Below, piece by piece: positions 39,212-46,768 of a DNA stretch of 64,000 nucleotides. The notes beneath the pieces were generated by a model. That model did no database searches. It saw nothing but the letters and a program-made list of their open reading frames with translations, and was not told the origin of the DNA. The stretch is from the IMG/VR virus record IMGVR_UViG_3300028840_005337, positions 1 through 64,000 of that record. One strand, given 5' to 3'. This stretch comes from an uncultured virus (IMG/VR IMGVR_UViG_3300028840_005337) (lineage: Duplodnaviria > Heunggongvirae > Uroviricota > Caudoviricetes). Position numbers and translations under genes: made by a program. How positions within the stretch are numbered: the first letter of the stretch is position 1; every line of letters begins with the position of its first letter.

Positions 39212-39634
39212 TTGAGCCACATGACTCGACGCAAAAGCGCTATCAAGGACGCCGCGGCCTTGAAAAAAGCGTGCGACAAGATTCCCGGCGCACAATATAT
39301 GGGCGTCGCCAAGGGCAAAGGCGGTGGCATGCGCAACAAGCACGGCCACCAAGTCCAACTGCCCGGTTGGCGATACCCTGTAACGATCGATCAGACCACT
39401 GGGGAATGTTCGTTCGACAACTACAACGGCTCTTGGGGTAAAGAGAAAGAACTCGACAACCTCAAGCAGCAGTACGGGGTCGAAGCTGCCAAAGCCAAGG
39501 CGGAAGCCGAAGGCGCTACCGAGATGGAAGAACTGAAACTGGACGACGGCTCGATCAAGCTGGTCATCCCCATCGGGGGCGGTGACTACGCGGTCGAAGG
39601 CGACGGCGGCGGAGGTGATGGCTGGGACGTCTAG
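39212..39634 (+). CDS. DUF1257 (Ycf35-like) protein
   Basis: TTG start after GGAG gives MSHMTR. QLPGWRYPV.ID...FDNYNGSWG and DGSIKL motifs. Confidence 0.7.
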   Translation: MSHMTRRKSAIKDAAALKKACDKIPGAQYMGVAKGKGGGMRNKHGHQVQLPGWRYPVTIDQTTGECSFDNYNGSWGKEKELDNLKQQYGVEAAKAKAEAEGATEMEELKLDDGSIKLVIPIGGGDYAVEGDGGGGDGWDV

Positions 39635-39674
39635 TCCTGCCAATTTTATTCACGAGAACAAGATTGGAGAACAA

Positions 39675-39884
39675 ATGCCTATCACCGGACCCCGCATCGA
39701 GATTACGGTCTCTCCCAAGGGAGAAGCAACGACCGCAGTTTTCGGCGTCCAAGGCGGCAGCTGCCGCGCCCTGACCGAAGGTTACGAGAACCTGTTCGGT
39801 GAGGTTGAAGAAACCCTCGACACCGCAGAGGCTTACGAAGATCCCGAGGAAATCGAGATCAAGGGTGAGCAAAAGGGCGGTTAA
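39675..39884 (+). CDS. DUF2997-like protein
   Basis: IEITVSPKGE...G..GGSC...TAEAY motif. Confidence 0.7.
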   Translation: MPITGPRIEITVSPKGEATTAVFGVQGGSCRALTEGYENLFGEVEETLDTAEAYEDPEEIEIKGEQKGG

Positions 39885-39891
39885 CTGAAAT

Positions 39892-40106
39892 AAGTCCCAG
39901 GACGAGGATGAACGGGCAGCAGCTCCGGAGGCGACGGCCTCCAACAGGAGTTGGGCGTGCCCTCTGCCTTACACCCACGTGACGCGCACGTAGTTGTGTC
40001 GGTGTGAGTGTCTGGACGGGAGCCGGGGTGTTGGATACATGCCAAAGTGTGAGCCCATCATAGCCGCACACGGCCCAGCTTAAAGGGGAAGCCGGCCCTG
40101 GGACTT
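39892..40106 (+). ncRNA. Candidate structured RNA
   Basis: Perfect 10-bp closing stem AAGTCCCAGG/CCTGGGACTT with several internal hairpins. Confidence 0.4.
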
Positions 40107-40127
40107 TTACTATTCAAGGAGGACGAC

Positions 40128-40517
40128 ATGCCAAATGTCGAAATCGTCATTGAGGGAGACGGCACAGTTCGTCATCTGGTTGATGCCAACTCTGAGCGCA
40201 TCGGCCAGGCTATTGCTGGCGAGAAGATTGATACTCGCCGCGCCTCGCACGTGGAGACGTGGTCGAGTCTCACTGACGACGCTAAGAAGCTGCTTCTGGA
40301 GACGCGACTGGTTCGTTTGAAGAATGGCGTGCCCCACGCACGCGTCTTCGGGTCGACCCGGATCGTGGACATCCAGAACTACTTCTGGGCGGATCTTACG
40401 CCATGCAACGGCCCCATCCAGGGACCGTTTGTAAACTACGAGCAGGCCATTGGTTCTGAAATCAAATGGCTTCAATCACAAAACCTGCCCATGCCGAAGG
40501 AAGACAATGCCGACTGA
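40128..40517 (+). CDS. Conserved hypothetical protein of the AAA/DUF1257/DUF2997 cluster
   Basis: AAGGAGG RBS; RRASHVE and WADL.P..GP..GPF motifs. Confidence 0.65.
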   Translation: MPNVEIVIEGDGTVRHLVDANSERIGQAIAGEKIDTRRASHVETWSSLTDDAKKLLLETRLVRLKNGVPHARVFGSTRIVDIQNYFWADLTPCNGPIQGPFVNYEQAIGSEIKWLQSQNLPMPKEDNAD

Positions 40518-41622
40518 CGGCGAAGCCTACGAAGGCGGACAGCTTTTACAACACATCTCGCGACACGTTTTTATCGTGATGCTACACGTCTCGTGGCCGC
40601 GGTTGAGCTTCAAGATCGACAACGCCAAAGTGTCGGTCCCTGCCAACGGCGGTAGCCAAGACAAGGAGAAGGAGGTTCAGGAGAAGTACCGGACAGACCC
40701 GAAGTTCAAGTTCTGTCCTGAGGACTGGAGCAAACGCCTCGGCAACCTCGAGTACCGCGCCCGAACACGCCTCTCAAACGCATCCATCAAGTTTGCCACG
40801 CGCGGAATGGCTGTGCTACCAGTCACCCGTGCCGCTGACGTGTTCTCTGGATTCCGTACGCTCCGCGAGGAGCTGATGGGCTATCAGGAGGACTTCGTCA
40901 GCGACTACGAGCAGATCTTGGCGGATCTAAAAGATGACCTCGCAGTTGAGGTCTACGACCAAGCCTCCGGCAAGATGCCGAGTAAGCAGGAAATCGCAAC
41001 GAAATTCGGGCTTACTTGGGCGATCGTGCCTGCTGGTGGCGGCAGCAACATCAACGGTGAGCAGATCGATTTGCTGCGCAGCATCCTCCGAAGGGCGCTG
41101 CCAAACGCAAACGACATACTCGCCGTCGATATCGAGGAGGCGTCGCTCATGCTCGACCAGATCGAGTCGCAGCTGACCTCGTCGGCGATCACCGACGAAG
41201 AGGCGGCTGAGCTGATCGGCGAGGCGCGTGAGCAGATGAACAAGTTCACCGAGCAGATGCTCGAGGACATGGCTCGCGAACCGCGCCAACTGCTGGTCGA
41301 CGCGACTGATAACCTGATGGAGGCTCTCACAGATCCCAAACGCATAGTACAGAACGGCACCATCGCACAGGTCGAGCGCGCCTTCGAAATGGTCGAAGGC
41401 TTCTCATTCCTGGCCGGCGATGAGCTGCTCGCTGAAATCAAGCGAGTGCGTTCGCGGCTGAACGAGCACGAAGTCAAACAGCTGAACTCGGATGCCGAGA
41501 TCGGGGCCAAGCTGGCCGCCGGTTTGCAAGGCGTGCGAGACGAGGCTGCCAATGCGCGGTCCGCTGCGACCGCCGTACGGCAGTTCCGCGGAATCCGTTT
41601 CCGGGAAACCGCTGACACGTAA
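40507..41622 (+). CDS. DUF3150-like helical protein ending in RQFRGIRFR
   Basis: Size, helical composition and position in the cluster; family call tentative. Confidence 0.5.
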   Translation: MPTDGEAYEGGQLLQHISRHVFIVMLHVSWPRLSFKIDNAKVSVPANGGSQDKEKEVQEKYRTDPKFKFCPEDWSKRLGNLEYRARTRLSNASIKFATRGMAVLPVTRAADVFSGFRTLREELMGYQEDFVSDYEQILADLKDDLAVEVYDQASGKMPSKQEIATKFGLTWAIVPAGGGSNINGEQIDLLRSILRRALPNANDILAVDIEEASLMLDQIESQLTSSAITDEEAAELIGEAREQMNKFTEQMLEDMAREPRQLLVDATDNLMEALTDPKRIVQNGTIAQVERAFEMVEGFSFLAGDELLAEIKRVRSRLNEHEVKQLNSDAEIGAKLAAGLQGVRDEAANARSAATAVRQFRGIRFRETADT

Positions 41623-41633
41623 CAAACAGGTGT

Positions 41634-41679
41634 GCCGCGGGTGGTTTTACTATTGCTTGCCCATTTCCCCACCCGCGGC
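41634..41679 (+). terminator. Hairpin/terminator
   Basis: 11-bp stem GCCGCGGGTGG/CCACCCGCGGC followed by pyrimidines. Confidence 0.4.
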
Positions 41680-41702
41680 CTCCTTTTCCTATAGGAGATA
41701 CT

Positions 41703-42179
41703 ATGTCCACAGCAAAGAACCTGATTCAGATGCGCACGCAGTTGGCGCACATCTCGCTGCCGGTAAGCCAGAAGGCAAAAACAGCAGCACTGCGGCTTGG
41801 AGCTGCACTCTGGGACGTTGTGCCCACACTGCCGGTCGACATATCGTACGGCGGGACTGGCCAGGTAACGCTCGAGATCGAGCTTACTGGCGGAACCGTA
41901 GGCACGGTGGAGATCGATGCCGAGGGGTACTTCTACGTGGACACCGGAACGCCCGACGAAGGTCTGGCACTCGACATCCTGATGTTCCTCGACAGGGAGA
42001 CAGGCGATGGCGAAAGCCACGAAGAAGAAGGCACCAGTCAAACGGACGGGCAAGAAGAAGCGCCCGGCCCCAAAGAAGGTGCAGATCAAAAAGAAGGCCA
42101 AGGTCAAGATGACCCGGCTCAAGAAGAAGGTAGCCAAGAAGAAGGTCAAGAAGAAAGCAAAGATGCCGACACGCAGTAG
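41703..42179 (+). CDS. Hypothetical protein with acidic tail
   Basis: AGGAG RBS. Confidence 0.55.
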   Translation: MSTAKNLIQMRTQLAHISLPVSQKAKTAALRLGAALWDVVPTLPVDISYGGTGQVTLEIELTGGTVGTVEIDAEGYFYVDTGTPDEGLALDILMFLDRETGDGESHEEEGTSQTDGQEEAPGPKEGADQKEGQGQDDPAQEEGSQEEGQEESKDADTQ

Positions 42180-42543
42180 TGCGGTGAAGTACACCTTCAA
42201 GAACGGGGTCAAGCACGGCTCCGACGGAAGTACGGCGTACCCATCCAAATGCAAAGAGTCCACATCGTCGAACGGGCTGACCAAGTACCTGACGATCCTG
42301 TGGACCGATGACACACTCTCCTGCGACTGTCGCGGGTGGGCGATCCTCAAGAAGGATTCTGCTGGTAATCCCAAGCCCCGCACGTGCAAACACTGCAAGG
42401 CATCGGAGGCCAGCGACTACGACGACATGACCGCTGTCGATCAGTTCCAGCCGGGCACGGCCAACGCGCCGCGCAGCACGCAGCTGGATCTCAGTGACGA
42501 GCGTCAATGGCGGGGCATTCGTTTCCGCAATACCGAAGACTAG
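42007..42543 (+). CDS. Lys-rich N-terminus plus SWIM-type zinc finger protein
   Basis: GGAG RBS; SCDCRGW...TCKHC; ends ERQWRGIRFR. Confidence 0.65.
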   Translation: MAKATKKKAPVKRTGKKKRPAPKKVQIKKKAKVKMTRLKKKVAKKKVKKKAKMPTRSSAVKYTFKNGVKHGSDGSTAYPSKCKESTSSNGLTKYLTILWTDDTLSCDCRGWAILKKDSAGNPKPRTCKHCKASEASDYDDMTAVDQFQPGTANAPRSTQLDLSDERQWRGIRFRNTED

Positions 42544-42631
42544 CACCAACCCAGTCGATTGAATTTGGACCTGCTGTCGAAGCCACGTTGGCCAGACGGC
42601 GGTCCTTCCGTCAATCGACAGGAGGTGCTTC

Positions 42632-43327
42632 GTGCTTCAGCCCGGTAACTCTAAACTGGGTAACATTCATACATTCAGTCTCCCACCGTGCATCACTTGC
42701 CCTGGTGAGACAGAAGTGTGTGCTGCAAACTGCTACGGAAAGAAAGGTCACTTCCGCCGCTCCAACGTGAAGAGCAGCCACGCTGCGAACCACAAGGCGG
42801 TGAAGAAGGACAATTTCGTAAGCAAGATGGTGGATGAAATCCAGCGGAAGAACGTCAAGACGCTGCGGATCCACGTCACGGGCGACTTCTTTGACGCCCC
42901 ATACATCCGCAAGTGGATTGCCGTTGCCGAACAGTGCCCGGACGTGACGTTCTACGCGTACACCCGGTCCTGGCGCATCAAGCGATTGATGCCCGCACTG
43001 ACCGATTTCAACGCGCTGCCCAACACCAAGTTGTGGTGGTCGGTTGATGAGGACACCCACGAGATCGACGGCAAGCCGCCGACCCTCAAGGGCGTTCGGT
43101 CCGCCTACATGCAGACCTCTGACGACGAAGTTGTCCCTGCCTACTGCGACATGGTGCTGCGTACCAAGCGCGCCACGCTCGTACGGTTCACCAGCGGCCG
43201 CCTCGTGTGCCCTGGCGAGAACGGGATGACGTACAAAAGAAAAATGACGTGCGAGCGCTGCCGCATTTGTCAGACTGACAAGAAGGTGCCCCGCAAGGCT
43301 CGCACCCGGAAAAAGGTGAATGCCTAG
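42632..43327 (+). CDS. Phage GP88-like protein (Fe-S, radical SAM-related)
   Basis: GGAGG + GTG start. FSLP..ITCPG....C...CY, RIHVTGDF, FYAYTRSW. Confidence 0.75.
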   Translation: MLQPGNSKLGNIHTFSLPPCITCPGETEVCAANCYGKKGHFRRSNVKSSHAANHKAVKKDNFVSKMVDEIQRKNVKTLRIHVTGDFFDAPYIRKWIAVAEQCPDVTFYAYTRSWRIKRLMPALTDFNALPNTKLWWSVDEDTHEIDGKPPTLKGVRSAYMQTSDDEVVPAYCDMVLRTKRATLVRFTSGRLVCPGENGMTYKRKMTCERCRICQTDKKVPRKARTRKKVNA

Positions 43328-44111
43328 AAGACCACGCGACCTCCGAAAGGAGCCGCATTGGGAAGAGCATATCGGTGATTACTTCGGTAACGTCGAAGGA
43401 TGGGTCGCAGAAAATACCCTCCAACGCTGGGCACAGACCAGCGGCTCCTTCCCGATCCGGCCCTATCTCGGAAGCATAATCGCTATCTCACCGGAAAAGA
43501 AAGAGTACATCAACGGCGCCGCCTTTTGGCGCCACGACATCATCGCCGATGCGTGGCGCGGCCCTTTCAATATGGGCGGCGCGTTGATGCTACTCACAGC
43601 AGATCCGGGAACACTGTCCGGCCGAGTAAAAGATAACAACATAATCGGCCGGTGGTACGGCAATCGTGTGACGACCGCCTGGCGGTACACGAAATTGCAA
43701 CCCCGCAACGGCGAGCACTCCAACGACTGGCTCGACGCCGTGCGTAACAACCACAAGGACATCAGTTGGGATGTCAAAATGTTCATGAACGTACAGCTTA
43801 CGGGCTTGACGCCGTACGCCAAGACGCCGAATGACTTCCGCAGGATCATCAACGCGATGTTCCAGCCGCTCATCACGGATTACACGTGGATGGACGACGG
43901 TCATCTATGGGCGCTGCGGGATGCGTGTGAACAGATGCCGAAAGGCACATGGAAAAAGATGCGTGAATGGCTACTACGCCAGAAGCTATCTGACGAGGCG
44001 CGACTGGCGCTCGGTGGTCGGCCCGGCCGGCTCGCCGAAAATCAAACGCCAGCGGAGAATCGTAAGTTTCGCAAGGTCAACATCGAACGAACGGAAGGAA
44101 CTTCGGAATGA
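43320..44111 (+). CDS. Hypothetical protein ending in RKFRKVNIER
   Basis: Coupled to the upstream gene. Confidence 0.6.
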   Translation: MPRRPRDLRKEPHWEEHIGDYFGNVEGWVAENTLQRWAQTSGSFPIRPYLGSIIAISPEKKEYINGAAFWRHDIIADAWRGPFNMGGALMLLTADPGTLSGRVKDNNIIGRWYGNRVTTAWRYTKLQPRNGEHSNDWLDAVRNNHKDISWDVKMFMNVQLTGLTPYAKTPNDFRRIINAMFQPLITDYTWMDDGHLWALRDACEQMPKGTWKKMREWLLRQKLSDEARLALGGRPGRLAENQTPAENRKFRKVNIERTEGTSE

Positions 44112-44329
44112 CGCAGATCGTATTCAGCGTCATCTGCATGGTCTCGATTGCGCTGTGGCTGCTGCTGGTCGTAAGCGTTGCGATCGCAGCGGAGACGCTC
44201 AAGAAGGTCTCGGATGACTTCAGCAGAATTCGGACCGCGGAACGGATGAAGGTGTGTCTCACGAGGCTATGTATGCCCGTGACGTTTGCTATTCTTTTGG
44301 TCTGGGCATTGTTATGTCCATACCTATAA
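44108..44329 (+). CDS. Small two-TM membrane protein
   Basis: Two hydrophobic stretches; ATGA coupling. Confidence 0.5.
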   Translation: MTQIVFSVICMVSIALWLLLVVSVAIAAETLKKVSDDFSRIRTAERMKVCLTRLCMPVTFAILLVWALLCPYL

Positions 44330-44365
44330 ACCGGCGGATCATCCGCCCAAACAAGGAGCTGTGCT

Positions 44366-45250
44366 ATGCTCGATGATGCGATTGCTCACTATGCTGAGCA
44401 CGTGAAACCGGAGGCCAGTAGGGCTGGTTGGATTCAGCACTGCAAGCAGGCCGTTGATTCGGTGCGCAACCACGCGGCGATCGACTCGAAGTTGTTCGTC
44501 AACTACGTGGTCGAAGTGCCGAGCGGGCGTCAGATCATGGACATCGTGAAGCCGGAAGACGGCGAGAAGCCGACCGACATGATGATCTATGATACGGACT
44601 CCAAGAGCTTCACCCGCTGCCGCGCCCGCAAGATGCGCAGCCGGTTCATGCTCAAGGTCCACGCCAAGGACATGATTTCCAGTCCCCGCGGCGTTGCCGT
44701 GGCGCTGGTCGAACGCGGTAGCAACGCGTTGTTCGTCGGCGGTAGTTTCTGCAACTACCTCGACACCTGGAACCGCCACGTCGGTCTCTGGCTGGCGATC
44801 CAGAACATGCAGCCTGTCCCGTGGCAGCTGGCACATCAGATGAAGGCGCTCCCGCTCGACACCGAGCTGGCCCACCTGCTGATGAGCAAGCACAGCACGG
44901 AGAAGCTGAAGGAGAAGGTCCCGCCTCCGTGGGACTTCGTCATCCAGGAGGGACGCACGTGTGCCCACACGGAGTTCCACTGGTTCGAAGCGGATAAGAA
45001 ACCGTTTACGAGGATCATTCAGGGACGGCGAAAGGTGTGCTGTCCCATCTGCGAGAAACCGCTTAGCCGCCCCGTATTTCCGCCGACCACCAGGACTGCG
45101 ATCATCACGACGATCCAACTGGCGACTCGGTGCTGGGACAGACGGTTCGGTGACAAGGAGTCCACGACGAATGTCAGCAACAACCTTTCCGAGAACGGGT
45201 CGCCATCAAAAATGGTTGCCGGAACCCCTATTACAGAGCAGCGGGGGTGA
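44366..45250 (+). CDS. Hypothetical protein with C-terminal Zn ribbon
   Basis: AAGGAG RBS; CAH...CPIC. Confidence 0.6.
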   Translation: MLDDAIAHYAEHVKPEASRAGWIQHCKQAVDSVRNHAAIDSKLFVNYVVEVPSGRQIMDIVKPEDGEKPTDMMIYDTDSKSFTRCRARKMRSRFMLKVHAKDMISSPRGVAVALVERGSNALFVGGSFCNYLDTWNRHVGLWLAIQNMQPVPWQLAHQMKALPLDTELAHLLMSKHSTEKLKEKVPPPWDFVIQEGRTCAHTEFHWFEADKKPFTRIIQGRRKVCCPICEKPLSRPVFPPTTRTAIITTIQLATRCWDRRFGDKESTTNVSNNLSENGSPSKMVAGTPITEQRG

Positions 45251-45428
45251 CGAGTACGACGACGAAGACGAAGACTTCGACGACGACTACGACGACTACG
45301 ACGATGACGACGACTACGACGACGATGATGAAGACGAAGACGACGATTTCGACGACGACTTCGACGACGACTATGAAGACGAAGAAGACGACGAATGGAA
45401 CGACTTCGACGACGATGAGGAGGACTGA
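45171..45428 (+). CDS. Very acidic small protein (Asp/Glu run with spaced aromatics)
   Basis: AAGGAG at 45155-45160 before ATG 45171. The GAC/GAA-rich repeat reads DEYDDEDEDFDDDY... Stop is coupled (TGATG) to the next gene. Confidence 0.55.
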   Translation: MSATTFPRTGRHQKWLPEPLLQSSGGDEYDDEDEDFDDDYDDYDDDDDYDDDDEDEDDDFDDDFDDDYEDEEDDEWNDFDDDEED

Positions 45429-45709
45429 TGGCCTCCCTCACCCCGCTCGAGTTGTGCGTCGCAGTATTCGTGATCGTGTCAGGCGTCGCGAGCTGGTTTC
45501 TATTGGGTCTCTACGATCGGTGCACTAGTTCACACCATCCCAGAGGCTCCCCGGACGAGGATTATGCTGCGCGGCGAGCCGCGCTTGCTCGTCGGGAGAA
45601 ATTGCTCGCCCGAAAGACGCCGACTTCACAGCAAAAGGCTCAACCCCTGAAGCAGCCGCAACCTCATCAAAAAGCTCGATGTCGCCCCGCGGCAACGTCG
45701 GAACGATAG
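45428..45709 (+). CDS. Small membrane protein
   Basis: N-terminal TM helix; GAGGAGG upstream; 3' end overlaps the antisense gene. Confidence 0.4.
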   Translation: MASLTPLELCVAVFVIVSGVASWFLLGLYDRCTSSHHPRGSPDEDYAARRAALARREKLLARKTPTSQQKAQPLKQPQPHQKARCRPAATSER

Positions 45710-46742
45710 AGGCCAGCTTCTCGGTGTCGACCCACGCGCCTGCGGGCGCAACCTCGTCTGTGAAATCATCGCCAAGCGCGTCAGCGAGATCGTTGACAGG
45801 CAGACGCTGCAAGTCCGCCTTTTTGTAATAATTGCCGGAGAGCGGCGACCCCACCAGGTCGTCCGACAGTTCGGCAGCAAGTTTCTCGGTGACGGCGAAC
45901 AGCTCCTCGGGTCGCTGGATGACATTGTCATACCGGCGGTTGAGGCCAGTCTCACGATCGAATTGGTCCACGACCGCTGCGATCTTTGTGAGAACGCTGT
46001 AGTGCCGGATACTATCCGAGGATTCCTCACACAGCCGGGCGAGCTTTTCCAACTCCTGTTGCAGCTCGCTCGGCTGGTGTGTATTCCCTGCGGCTTTGAT
46101 GCGGGTGCGGATGATCTCCGCAGCCTGCTTACCCGAACACACACCGAGGCCCGCCATTTTCTCCAGCATGTCGATGTGCTCCGGCAGGTCCGCGCCGAAT
46201 GCAGCACGTTTCTGGAGTATCTTCGTCGCGAACTTGTTCCGATCCGCATACGGAAGCTGGTCGCGATACTCGGCGAGCCAATCTGCCGCGGCCTTGACCT
46301 CACCGATGTTGCGCATCGGGTAGTGCCGTTCACGCTGTCCCTGACCGTCATCGAAAACGACCGCGAAATCCGAATCCGGAAGTTCAGTCGAATCGTAGCG
46401 TCGGGCCGCGGCAACCTTTTCTTTCATCTCGGTCACCTGATCGGCCACGCCATGGAACTGGGCGGCATGCATCAGACGGCTCTCGACCAGATCGGCCTGC
46501 CCGACACTCATCTCGGCCCGCTTCTCGTGGAAGAAGATCGAGGACATGACCGTGGCTGCGCCGGTATGGCAGGGATAGCGCCGACGAGAGAGGTCGGCGT
46601 ACTGATGGGGGGCGACGTCGTCATCTCCGCAGATGTCACGTTGGCTCGCGGACTTGACAAAGGCTGGCAACGGATAGATGGAGTTGATACGATGAATCTC
46701 CTGTCCGTTGAGGTCTTCTGTTTGATCCATTACGCTGGACAT
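45525..46742 (-). CDS. Hypothetical phage protein (405 aa)
   Basis: Long ORF with typical composition. Two (D/Q)(F/Y)A...RxYP segments. Divergent from the primase-like gene. Confidence 0.65.
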   Translation of the reverse strand: MSSVMDQTEDLNGQEIHRINSIYPLPAFVKSASQRDICGDDDVAPHQYADLSRRRYPCHTGAATVMSSIFFHEKRAEMSVGQADLVESRLMHAAQFHGVADQVTEMKEKVAAARRYDSTELPDSDFAVVFDDGQGQRERHYPMRNIGEVKAAADWLAEYRDQLPYADRNKFATKILQKRAAFGADLPEHIDMLEKMAGLGVCSGKQAAEIIRTRIKAAGNTHQPSELQQELEKLARLCEESSDSIRHYSVLTKIAAVVDQFDRETGLNRRYDNVIQRPEELFAVTEKLAAELSDDLVGSPLSGNYYKKADLQRLPVNDLADALGDDFTDEVAPAGAWVDTEKLASIVPTLPRGDIELFDEVAAASGVEPFAVKSASFGRAISPDEQARLAAQHNPRPGSLWDGVN

Positions 46743-46768
46743 GGTTTGTTCCCTGTTTCGAGGTCTAC

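Noticed and set aside
9589..42398. Long antisense or alternative-frame ORFs (for example 9589..10881, 37816..38832, 40953..42398)
   Set aside because: These are shadows of real genes caused by high GC3 codon bias; they have no RBS or motifs
45250..45425. GAC/GAA short-period repeat as a CRISPR array or satellite
   Set aside because: No repeat-spacer structure. It is explained as coding for an Asp/Glu-rich peptide. No cas genes are seen in the window.
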